Source of the DNA: Cystobasidiomycetes sp. EMM_F5
Taxonomy: Eukaryota
Reading direction: 5' to 3'
DNA length: 64,000 nt
Assembly (NCBI GenBank): GCA_051047955.1
Contig: JBPGPT010000002.1
Coordinates: 124,001-188,000, forward strand
Shown here: piece after piece, positions 51,426 to 62,535 of the stretch
How positions within the stretch are numbered: position 1 is the stretch's first letter
How the letters are laid out: the number at the start of each line of letters is the position of its first letter
Program-made: the position numbers and the translations under genes
The notes under the pieces: model-generated
Told to the model about the DNA's origin: nothing
Seen by the model: only the letters and a program-made list of their open reading frames with translations
Databases searched by the model: none

Positions 51426-53047
51426 ATGTACAGGCTGACGGGAACGGCCGTCAAGGCAGTGCTCCCAACTACTTTTTGCAGAGAGTCGTCGAGGCATTTC
51501 GTTCCAAAAAGCTGCACAGGACAGCTGTCATCATTTCAAATTACAAAGTCACCAATAAGCCGCCTTCGCTACGCTTCAACCATCACCTCAGCGTCCAGCA
51601 CGCCCTCCAAATCTAGTGCAGATGTCCAAGTGAAGCCAACAGCGAAAGCAGTAGGCAAGAAACTCCGGCAGGATAGAAGCAGTGTTGTCAGGCCGGCTGC
51701 GCAACCCGATGGACAAGCTATAGCTTTCAGCGTCGCTCAGTCATTCAACATAGAGCGACTGACGAGATCTCTTGCGGCACGAAATCTGGTCGGGCGGACC
51801 GACGACTATGATGCTGTGAATCTGATGGGGGAAGCCATTTGGATTCCGAAGTGGCCTCTCCCAGAGCAAAGCGCTAACCCGGCTGGCGGACGACTACCTC
51901 CAGGCGGTACATCTGCCGAAAATACAAACGCAGGGGAAATATTCGTGTTCGAGACCGGTTCCTTCGTCACCTGGGGCGTATCTGAAGGTGACGCATTAGA
52001 CTTTCGTAACCAAGTCTTGCGAGCACCCGGACATCCAGGGATCGAAGTAGAGAGCTACACAGCTGATATGGAGAAGGAAGACTGGACAGAACGGATGCCG
52101 TACTTTGTCCGCGAAGGGGAACGTACCGGTGTCAAGAACGATGTGGTAATTATCGGGACGAAAGGCGCACACCGTACATTGAGTACCGACGATGCACCCA
52201 CTGCATCTCTGGAAGGGGAATATCACACACCTCTGCTCACACCCATCGAGATCCGCGCAAGGCCTACGAATTCACAGGTCAACTTGCAGCAAACTAGTGC
52301 TCCTGCCACTTCTCCCATCACCATAGGGTCAGTGAGATCCTCTGAAGAGACGACGACGCCATCGCAAAGTCGCGTTTCAGATAGCCACTCCATGCCGCGA
52401 GGCACAGCGTTACCTGCTGGTGACGATGATCTGCGTTCCAGACTCGCTTTATCAAGCGGCTTAGCTCGGTCGACAAAGCTTTCCATATACGAAGAGATGC
52501 TCGAAAACTACATGGACCGTGTCAAGGAGGTTCCGGCTCAGCTGGTACTTGGGTCATCCAGATCACTCAAACGCAAAACCATCATTCAGAACACCGGTCG
52601 CTTTTTGCAGTTGAGGCAGTACATCAATCTCAACGAAGAGAATCTGTTGGATCCTCCAGAAATGTTTTGGGCGCATTCCGGATTCGAAAAGTGCTACGAT
52701 GAGATGGTCCACGCTCTCGAAGTCAAGTCACGCTTGATCAATCTGAACCAGAAGATTGACTACAACCTAGACATGCAAGATGCTCTAAGGGAATTAGAAA
52801 ACTCTGTGAGTATCACAGAATCCCAGTCCGTGTTGTCCCGCTAATTGTGTCTCGCCATCAGTCTGCATCACATCGCTTGGAGTGGATTATCATCATACTG
52901 ATTGCAGTCGAGTAAGCCATACCATATCAGTCGTACGGCCCGTCTTTCTGACTCTTTGACCACCTCCGCAGAGTGGTGCTTGGATTAGTGCGCGAAGGTT
53001 ATTGGCCCTTCAGACCCAGTGTAGAAAACGAAAGACGGATAGAATAA
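51426..53047 (+). CDS. DUF155 (RMND1/Mrx10/Rmd1-family) protein, probably mitochondrial
   Basis: Basic N-terminal presequence-like region, EIFVFETGSFVTWG, LALSSGLARSTKLSIYE, LLDPPEMFW, and spliced SHRLEWIIIILIAVE. Confidence 0.88.
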
Positions 53048-53171
53048 GTGACCGAAGTCAGGTAAGAAGTCGCAAGTATATATCATCACACTGTTGTTGC
53101 CATAATTCTCATGTACAACAAGACCCCTTTCATCATGATGACTTAAAACATCATTACAGCTTACAGCGGGC

Positions 53172-54689
53172 TCATTCCCTCTCTCGCACAGTACGTAAGT
53201 TTGTCGCGTCGGGGGAGTGGCTTCCCATCGGCCTTGAAATTGCGCCCATCGGCGAACTGATCGCAGCTGCTGAGCCAGTCGATGCTAGACTGCTGATGGC
53301 CCTTGCTGATAATCTACCGGTTTGCGAAGTGCGAACTGAAGCACCAGATGACCCCGACGGAGCGGAGTGTAACGCGACGCTAGCTGGAGGCACTGCAGAC
53401 ATTGCCCAAGGGGCGGATGTAGGGGTTTGATCTGCTGCCATGGGGTTATCGGCCCACGGGGCCCTAGTTGTGGAGCTAGGCAGGTCCGTTCCACTGTGAC
53501 CGAACTGATTAGCTGGTCCAGCGGGATCGACGGCGCTCTGTGTAGTTATCAAGTGGTGTCCGTTTTGAGCGTCTGTCCATGACAGTATACTTCCAAAGAG
53601 GAAATGCTGCACCACCGGCTGTTTCTCTAAAACTTCGGCTTTATACATCTTGACAAGTCCGCTGTTGACCTTCTTCCAGTCCGGCACAGTCATTGCGATG
53701 TTGTATAGTATGGGAGAGTGTTCGTTGAATGGACCGCGCTTCAGGCGATTGATATGCTGGACGGAGGAGAAGAAGAGGTAGTCGGGAGCATTTTCGTCAA
53801 CGATGGAAGACTGCAAAATGTCGGGCGGGCGCAATCGTCGAGAATCTGTGATATTCATGGTCAGATGAGGAAGCCGAAGGTTGGTGCATGTGCTTTACCT
53901 ATCAGCTGTGAGCTACCCCACAGGAAGTTCAGGAATTGATGGTCTTCTAGTCCCCACACTCCCTTACTTCCGGCAGGCTCTAGCCTGTACTTTGCCTGCA
54001 GTGCACGACATACCCTCAAGTATCGCTCGAATACCTCAAAGACCATAGCGTCCTCGTCAGACTCGCTCAACAAGCCTGCATATCGAAGTACGGTGAGGTA
54101 CGCCAGGAATGCCAATTCGTGCCCGCTTCCATAGTCTATCCGAATCCAATTGCCGAAGGAGTTGTTAAAATAGGCAAGTAGTTCGACGAGTATATCCTTG
54201 TGGGACTGCGGGAGCCACGGGTCATGTAGCGTTCTTGACCGCTGCAATTGACGCCGCCATCAGCTGGATCCCACCTCATTTGACCGTAGACTCGTCAAGT
54301 GCGCACTTCGACTAGTCGAGCGCCCCAATCTCTGAAAGCAGCGTTGCCGAACCTCTGCGGACCTGTACGTAGCGGAATCTCTTCTATCCAATTTTCGAGA
54401 TCATCGAGCATTCGTAGGACTGCAGCAATAGTCTGTACCATCGGGTAAGTCAGCTTCAATTGCGCTTGAGATCTCTGCATGACCCCACCGCACTACTTGA
54501 TGGGCGTCCTTCGCATCTCTTCTTCCCTAGAGCCGCTGCGTTCAGCTGGACCACCATCGTCATTAGGCGCGAATACGCCGTCGACGAAAGCCATGCTGCA
54601 ATATCATCTGCAGTATGAATGCGCTGGATAGGCTCAAAGCAGGAGAAGTGGGTGGTCAGTATCGTGACTGGCGGTACATGCGTCGACAT
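53172..54689 (-). CDS. RRD1: PP2A/Sit4 phosphatase activator PTPA (Rrd1-like)
   Basis: GPQRFGNAAFRDW, SFGNWIRIDYGSGHELAF, YRLEPAGSKGVWGLEDHQF, KRGPFNEHSP, YKAEVL.K.PVVQHF and TRAPWA repeats. Rrd1 versus Rrd2 is inferred. Confidence 0.85.
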
Positions 54690-54833
54690 GTTGGGAACGA
54701 CACGAGCAAGCCCGACTTTTGTATGAAATTGCATTGCGCGTGGTCTCATGTGTATCTGCGCTACAGTATATCGTCATCATCATCTAATCTGCGACACTTC
54801 TACTGATACCCTGCGTTGGGTTCTTTACTGCAT

Positions 54834-55924
54834 TCAAACTCGGACGTTCAGCTCGAAATGTGGAGCTCCGCCATTGCCGTTGAGTTCGGCCTGCGCTCCG
54901 TCCTTGACATTCTCGGCAGACTGCTTGGCATCGCCCGCTGTCTCTTTGGCGGCCTGTGCAGCTTGACTGGCCTTCTGTTGACCGTAGGTAACGAGATCCT
55001 GGCTTGTCTTGAGCAACTTGGCAGCTAGACCGCGAGCTTGGTCAATGTAGGAAGCAGTCTTCTTGTCAGTCTTTGCCTTTGCATCAGAGGCAGCCTCGTC
55101 TGTCTTCTTTTCTGCGACTTCGACGTAGCTGTTCAAAGGACTCAGTTCAATGAACGGGTGCAAAGAGCGTGCGCGACCTCACTGGATGCCGATCCCAATG
55201 AATTGGCCAGCGAGTGCACGGACCTCGTCAATGAGACTGTACAAGGTTGCCTGAGCTTGGTCTTCCTGCAATATGTACCACGTATGAGCATGCTCAAATA
55301 ACTCATTGCTTACGACGCACCTTGTGTTTTGCAGACTCCTTCACCTCGTAACCCTTGGTCTTGAGGTCATGCTTGAGGTCGTTGATGCTTTCGTTCTCGG
55401 CGACAGCTTTGGCTTTCTGAAGTACAGTCAAATTGAAACATTCGCTTCAATGCATGCATAGTCTAAACTGACCTGAGCTTTCTCCTTCGTGTACGGTACC
55501 CAGGCTGTTGTGTGACGCACGTGTAAGTTAAGGATCAGCATGAAAAGTACAAGGAGGACGAGAGCCTTACACCAAGCATAGTCGTAGGTGTGGGCAGCCA
55601 GGTCAAGAGTGCTGCTGTAGAGTGTCTATTGAAGCTGGCGTCAACATCAACGAATGTACGCTTGATATTTGTCTGTCCACCTTGACATGATCTTCAGGGG
55701 TGGTGCCTTTGGAATCCTTGAAGTTCTCGTTCACGTAGTTGCGGGCTCCATCAAGCTTGCTTCCTACTTTAGCACCGTATTCGTGATACGACTTGCGCGA
55801 TGCGTTGTCGAGCTTGTCGCCGAGCCTTTACCAGATTGATAAGGGTCCGTTATCAGACACAACCCATTAGACGCGCTGCGAAGTGAACGTTGACTCACTG
55901 GGCACCTTGGTTCTCTGCCGACAT
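54834..55924 (-). CDS. Hydrophilic amphipathic-helix protein (LEA/perilipin-like), many small exons
   Basis: Spliced segments MSAENQGA, LGDKLDNASRKSYHEYGAKVGSKLDGARNYV, AWVPYTKEKAQ, KHDLKTKGYEVKESAKHK and YIDQARGLAAKLLKTSQDLV..AKETAGDAKQSAENVK; K/A/E/D-rich. Confidence 0.55.
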
Positions 55925-56222
55925 GCTGATAGTGGGATGTGAGATTTGTATTTGAGGTCGTCAATGGGTCTGAAAGTACAGTCGAAACCTCAATAAAAGT
56001 CGAAGCTTGACGCTGAAATACGGCACCCTCTGACGTCTCCGCCACTCATGTTCAACAACGAAAATGGCAGAGCGCGAGTAGGCTGGCTCGCAACTGATGC
56101 AGACTGACCGCTACAACAGCACGAAGCACCTGTTTCCTCGTTTCCTCGCAAAGTATTCCCTATGCCCGCATTTAGCGCACCAAGCCAAGCGGTGGCTTAG
56201 GGCCAATCCTGACAGGTTTGCA

Positions 56223-56745
56223 ATGACCGGTGAACCAACTTGGGGGGCCGTTCTCACCTCGAGTAGCGTCAAAGCCCACAATGAAGCATCTCCGCGCGCT
56301 CGCACTACTGCTGGCATCGATAACGACCTGGAACCCAGCATAATAGCGGAGATCGGTCGTTCGAGCGATGACTGGCTGCCGACTGTCTGGATCGCAGACT
56401 ATATAGTAATGTGCGCGTGCCGCGTTGTCGACCTGCAGCTCGGCAACTACGTGACGAGCGCCCGATGTAGCATGACTTGCACGACGTTGCGCAAGAGGAA
56501 CGCTGACATTTCTGGATGTCAGGACGTATATGACAGTAGAGTCTGTCTGGGCCATGATGCGTGGGTTCAGTTGTTCCCACTGTGGCCATCTCCTAAGGAC
56601 AGATATGCCAGGCGAAATCCGCTCGCCTGAGGAACACTGGGCACCGCACTCGACACATCGCACACCGCCGCATCGGACGACGTCCGTTCGAACGTATGAA
56701 GCATCTGAATTAGACTGTGCCCTTCGAGTGAAAGAAAGAAAGTGA
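56223..56745 (+). CDS. Possible orphan spliced gene
   Basis: ATG 56223 (MTGEPTWGAV..) and a branch-plus-acceptor (GCTGAC..CAG near 56522); no family recognised. Confidence 0.25.
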
Positions 56746-56895
56746 TAGATCAGCAAGTGTCTCTCAATCACGTATGGCAGCGTGTGGCAGCGTGTAGTAG
56801 TCTGACAGGGAATCAAGCAATTTGCAGAAGGCCGCAGTGTCACGGCTCATACTGAGTCAATGATGATTGACATCGTCGCATAGCGAATAGAACTA

Positions 56896-57469
56896 TCAAC
56901 ATATGATACGAGGAGGGCGTGGAGCCGGTCGAATGTGATGACCAAATACCATTGGTTTATGAGGCTTGCAGTTACCCGCAGACCATATCTGCGTACCCGA
57001 GCCAACCACGAAGTATGCTGTAGCTGGTCGGAAAGCATCAAGCTCTATCTGCTTTCCGACATACCGCTCCACGTCCCGCGTATGCACACTCACCAACGAA
57101 AGCGGGTGACGATTGTGTATAAAGTAGCTCACAAGTGCACCGCGCACGCTAACAGCAGCAGCAATATAGTACCGGGCTTGTCCAAGCTGCCCTTGATGAT
57201 TGACGGTAGGAATGGGAAAGAACCTCAGATTGCCTGCCGACAAGGTAACGATGACGGGGTCGCTTTGCGACATCACGCCAATCTTTCGACGAGACGGCGC
57301 TTTCGCAGGTGCTGTAGTGAGACGGCGCTGCGAGGGATTGACAGTGAAGTAACGTATACCGCGTCGCAGGATGTCTGCAATCAGTGGCGTACAAATGCGC
57401 CAGTGTGATGATGGCGGCTACATGTGACGGAGCGTCGTCGACGGGCATGTCAGTATTGTCGGTAGACAT
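56896..57469 (-). CDS. Possible orphan protein (2 exons)
   Basis: MSTDNTDMPVDDAPSH can splice in frame (GTAGCC..TCGCAG) into the 56896-57276 ORF; the donor is weak. Confidence 0.3.
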
Positions 57470-57730
57470 CCGAGTGTACTGTCTGTACTGCAGAGTGACA
57501 AGGAACAGCCCAGGCAGTTGGTGGCTAAACGCCTGACAGGCACTGCATTGGAGACTGTAGCTCGCGAGCATGGACATGGGCACTTTTGTTACCAGCAGCA
57601 TGCATGGCTTAGTAGAATACACAGCATACTATTGGCCGTTCTGCTCTACCTCAACGAGTGGGTTCAAGCGCAGTTAGGAGCAGTATTGGGCGAGTCTCGA
57701 TATCGAGCGTGACTTCGGGCCAGGTACTCG

Positions 57731-58150
57731 CTACACGACTCGTCGATGAACGTCATAAGCTTTTGAGCCGTCGGTCCTGAAGTCTACTTCTTCGCCTTCG
57801 ACAAGTTGCGCTTCTCCGCCAAGCGCTCCAACCAAGCTTTGCTTAGTAAGGTAGCTCTCAATTCTGAGGGTTTTGCGAGTAGTCCTGACTGCAAGTTGAC
57901 TATCGCTTAAGCGGACCAGTACTCCAGTACCGGACAGGGCTCCCACCCTGTCCGCAACTGGTGTGGCTAGTGCTTCTGTGTTCTCGGCCATCAAGCCATT
58001 TGCAGCCATCCTGTGCGCATCTTGATTCGATGTGTTTGTGCTGGGGGAGGTTGGCGTAAAAGGCGAGCATGGCGTCAATAGATCAGCTGCCAGCAGACTG
58101 CGAGCTGAGACGGCATTGAGTGGTAGGGGACGTGAACGTGTGCTCAGCAT
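57731..58150 (-). CDS. Small intronless protein with a C-terminal cold-shock/OB-fold-like segment
   Basis: 139-aa ATG ORF; C-terminal GTGVLV...QLVEGEEVDFRTDGSKAYDV; TATATA about 40 nt upstream on the same strand. Confidence 0.45.
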   Translation of the reverse strand: MLSTRSRPLPLNAVSARSLLAADLLTPCSPFTPTSPSTNTSNQDAHRMAANGLMAENTEALATPVADRVGALSGTGVLVRLSDSQLAVRTTRKTLRIESYLTKQSLVGALGGEAQLVEGEEVDFRTDGSKAYDVHRRVV

Positions 58151-58593
58151 GGTGTACGTCGATTCGGCGACGAAAGACGAGTGTCGGCCTATATAAGTAT
58201 ACGTTCAGTCCATCGGTGAGGTGCAAAGCACTTGTTTTCAGCGCGGCCTTAAAGGAAACGCTCCATTTTGTACCGGGAGTCTTCCGCAGCAAATGATCTC
58301 GAGAGGACTGATATCCGAACAGCAGTATTGCGGTCAAATCTCGTCTCGATAGCACTTCCTCCCGAGACCTGGTCGCGACCGGAACCAGCTTGTGAATGAG
58401 CGCGAAGAAAGGAAGGGAAGCGTCGGATTCGGGGTCCTAGCGGCTGTCCAAGTCAGTATATAAGGGGTCCTGTTCAGCATCTACACTGCGCTCGTTAGCT
58501 TCAAGAAATTCCGTCAGTTGACATAAACATAAGAGCCCGGCGGACCGCTGCTTGTTTACGTTCTGTCAATCCACAAAAACCGCTTATCAAACC

Positions 58594-60337
58594 ATGGCAG
58601 AGTACGCCGTCTAGTCCTGGTACGAGCAGATGGTCGGCATGTACTGACAGCGTCTCGTGGCCTTCCTGCAGAAATCTCGCCCAAGCAGACGATGTGGTGG
58701 CAGCGCCAGCCGACACGAGCCAGCCCGTCAACGAGACAGAAGAACAGACCAAGACTGTGCAAGAGCTCATGGACGAAGGCGTAGAAAGCCTTTCAAAGGC
58801 TAAATACGCAGAAGCCGCTGAGCTTTTCTCGCTCGCTGTAGAGAAGCTGTACGTGAAACACTCTTTACGCGTTCGCCCTGTGCCTGGCTTCCGAAAACAA
58901 AGCAGCACATCGTCCGAAGACATGTCTGAGCGAATGAAGCTGATCTAATACATTTCTCAAGGGTCGAGAAATACGGCGAGCGTGCTATCGAGACCGTCGA
59001 TGCTCTCGAGGCGTACGGAAATGCATTGCTCAAAAACGCGATTGCATCTTCGGGGGTCTTGGGCGAGAATGCTGGAAACAAGACGAAGACAGAAGACTCT
59101 AGTGAGTTGTGATCCACTCAGGTATTTGCATCTGCTTACAACTAACGTATGTGACGTTCATGTCCATACACGGCGACAGCCGCACAGCCTGCTGCCGCTG
59201 ATTCTGCTGCATCAATACTCACATCGGCAGGCGCAATTGCATCATCATCAAAGACTTCAGCGTCCAAGACAGAACCTGTGACAGCCAACAACATCAACTT
59301 TCATTTCGGTGGCGACGCACAGGATGACGACGATGAAGAAGAGGACGACGCTGAAGCAAATGACGAAGAGGGCGAAGAAGGTGCAGCCGAGGAAGATGAC
59401 TTAGAGACCGCCTGGAAAGTTCTCGACTTGGTTCGCGTGATCCTCTCTGATCAAACAAGCGAAGAACGCAAACTGCAGTTAGCTAGGGTGCGCTGCAGCA
59501 TTGCCGAAGTCGCAACAGAGTCGGCACAGCCGGACAAAGGCGTCGAAGAGTATGAAGCTGCCCTAGCGATTCAAAAGAGCATACTGCCCGCCTGGGACAG
59601 ATTGATTGCGCAAACACACCTCTTCACCGCATTGGCACTGGAATTGATACCAAATAATCAGTTCGATGCTGAAGAAAACGAGGCGCGTATCGCAAAGGAA
59701 GCTTATGACAAAGCCATCGAGCATATACAATCGGCAAAAGATGTTTTGCGCTTGCGCGATCTGCACATCAAGGGCATTGACGAGGGCAAAGGTAAACAGA
59801 AGGAGAACGGCAACATTGCAAGTAGCTCGAAAGAGCTGTCGGAGAAAGAGAAAGACGAAGTGGAGGATATCGCTGGCTTACAGGTAGAACTCGATAACAA
59901 GGTATGCTATACTCTGGCCGAGCTCCGATACAGAACTGATGATGTGTCTTGAATAGATCGAGGACTTGAGAGCACAAGCAGCTGATGTGGATAGCACGAA
60001 GAAGTCGCTTGCTGAGCAAGTTTACGAAAAGCCGACTTCACTTCCCGAAGGGGTCTCAAGAGAGGTCCACAACCTGAATACATTGGTAAAAAAGAAGCCC
60101 AAGAAGCCGGTTGATGCCGCTGGTCAAGCGAATGGTGGAAGTCACGTTGCCGAAACTACTCCAGTGTCTCCAGCGAACGGTCACAAGACCGAGCAATTGC
60201 AAGACGCTGCAGCACCAAACGCAGACAATTCTGCAGGAGGCGTCACAAAACGCAAAGCGGAGGACGACCTGGCCAAAGACACCCAAGGTACCGACTCGGC
60301 TGTGAACGAAAAGAAGGCCAAAATAGATACGGCCTGA
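58594..60337 (+). CDS. NASP/Sim3/Hif1 SHNi-TPR histone chaperone
   Basis: KYAEAAELFSLAVE, EKYGE..YGNALLKNAI..SGVLG, an acidic insert, EDDLETAWKVLDLVR, AEVATES, NLNTLVKKK and C-terminal NLS KRK..EKKAK. Confidence 0.9.
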
Positions 60338-60596
60338 TGTGGGTCACAAATTACGTCCCCACCGGGTTGTTCGAAGGAAGCGAAGTGTTCTAGCGGGAGC
60401 ATCGAAGGGGTCAGGAATTTGGAATCCAGCCGCAGTGCGGCTCGATGGAGTGCTATCGGCCTGACTTCGAATAGTCAGGGTGATCTTCGAGATTCTTCAT
60501 CGAAAAATACATTCTGGTGACAGCCATACCAATACAACAACAACATCTGTAATGTCCTGCGCACGCACGCTGTACCTTTGCTCGTAGGAAGTGCGC

Positions 60597-62143
60597 TCAA
60601 AGAATACGCTCATCTTTGCTGAGTGACTGGTGTAAAAATTGTTTGCCGTTACTACCTCCGAATTCTGCCGTAACGTGACCGTCCTTGCCATCTCCCTTGA
60701 GAACATATTTGTAGATCATCAATCCTTCCAGGCCGACCGGGCCCCTTGCATGCGTCTTGCCAGTCGATATGCCTACTTCAGTACCAAATCCATATCGGAA
60801 GCCGTCCGCGAAACGTGTAGAAGCATTGATGAAACAGCCGGCCGCATCGACAGCCCTGCAGAATGCTGTTCCGACAGTTGATGGCGATTCAGTGATAATT
60901 GCGTTGGTATGTTTGGACGAATGCTTATTGATGTGTGAGATTGCAGAAGGTAGGGAGTCCACAGTGAGGACAGCCAGGTCTAGCGAAAGATATTCGGTGT
61001 CGTAATCTTCGGGTACAGCTGCTAGCAGCTCAGACCCGGAGCCGTCAGCGAAACTAGATGACGATTGCGCAGCTGACAGTGAGGGGGCGTCGCAGTGTAA
61101 GGTGACGCGGGCTTTCACTAGCGCTTGAGCAACAGCTGGCCATACTGTTTGTAGCAGGCTGGAGTGTACGACCAATGTTTCCAAAGCATTACAGGCAGCT
61201 GGATAAGATGTCTGTGGAAGGACGTTGCCGTCAGCACAAGACGAAGCCCAAAGACTTTGCACTTGCTTTTGAATCGACTACCACGTTACAAGCCTTTTGC
61301 ACGTCAGCGTCTTCGTGCAGGTAGATAGCGCACAGTCCGTCCGCATGACCCATGACTGGTATTCTTGTCGAATGCTGAATGTTGCTGACCAGAGCGTTGC
61401 TACCTCTTGGTATCACAAGGTCGATGTATTTCTCCTGCTCCAGCAATCCAGAGATCTCGTCTCGGGTAGCTACAGTCTGTATGTACGCTTGCGGTATCGA
61501 TGTCTCTGACAGGGCTTTCTGTATCACCGTTGTCATGGCTGCCTGAGTATGCAGTGACTCCTTGCCGCCTTTAAGTATAGCTGCGTTGCCTGACTTTATC
61601 GCAAGCGAGGTGATGTTGACGATGACTTCGGGTCTCGCCTCAAAGATGACGAGGAGCACACCTATTGGACACGTCACGCGGTACAAATCGAGGTTATCGT
61701 CGAGTCGCATGCCGTACGTCGTTACGTTGCATGGGTCCGGCAGAGCAGCGACATCTGCGACACCTTGAAGCATGTCGTCGAATTTTGATGGGGACGACTG
61801 CAAGTCGAGGCGCTTCAGGAGTGATGAAGACATTGTCCCAGCTTCTACGTGCTTGCGAGCGGCCTTTGTAACGGAAATACTCACAACTCAGCTATGGCTT
61901 GACGATACAAGCTGACTCATTACTTACTTCCATGTCGAGCTGGTTGGCTTTCAGAATATCGTCCTTGGCCGCTGAAAGGGCTTCCCGGATGAGCTTGAGC
62001 GACTTTATGCGCTCTGAAGCTGCGTCGGGCAGCATCTGTGCCGCATCAAACGCTGCTTTGGCATTTCGTGCGACCTCTTCGGCAGCCGAAAGAGTTCCGT
62101 TTTGAGTTCCATTTTTTGACGAGCCAGAGTCTGCGGACACCAT
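60597..62143 (-). CDS. PRO2: Gamma-glutamyl phosphate reductase
   Basis: CPIGVLLVIFEARPEV, KSGNAAILKGGKES, IDLVIPRGS, PVMGHADGLC, YPAACNALETL and NASTRFADGFRYGFGTEVGISTGKTHARGPVGLEGL. Confidence 0.96.
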
Positions 62144-62535
62144 GGCAGCTTCGCAGCTAATTCATATGCAGAATGTGTACTTGTTGGAATGTCAAACCAT
62201 CCAGAAACCGGCAGTCGGGTTTGGCGGCGCTCGATCAGCCATCAAGAGGCGTAAAGAGGCAGGCAAGCTTCTACCCATACCAACAACATGACCTTTTCAT
62301 GACAGCTGTAACAGAATGAAACTGTCTGAAAGCTCCTAGTCCTGGCCTTGCTGCCCGAAGAGCAGACTAGCGCCCATGTCGAGCAGCCCATAACTGGTGC
62401 TAGGCAATTAATACATATACAGCATTTCGATACAGTGCTCGTATGTGCTAGTAGACGGTATCTTCAGTCGATACAGCATCAACTCTTTAGCCTACTGAAG
62501 CAGACCGACGTCCGCTTCTCAAGCCAACGATTACC

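Noticed and set aside
60340..60360. Sm-site-like TAATTTGTG on the minus strand (U1 snRNA?)
   Set aside because: No ATACTTACC 5' end or U1 loop sequences nearby.
60421..60496. tRNA gene (TTCGAAT T-loop-like sequence)
   Set aside because: No proper acceptor stem, D-arm or A-box, or 7-nt anticodon loop.
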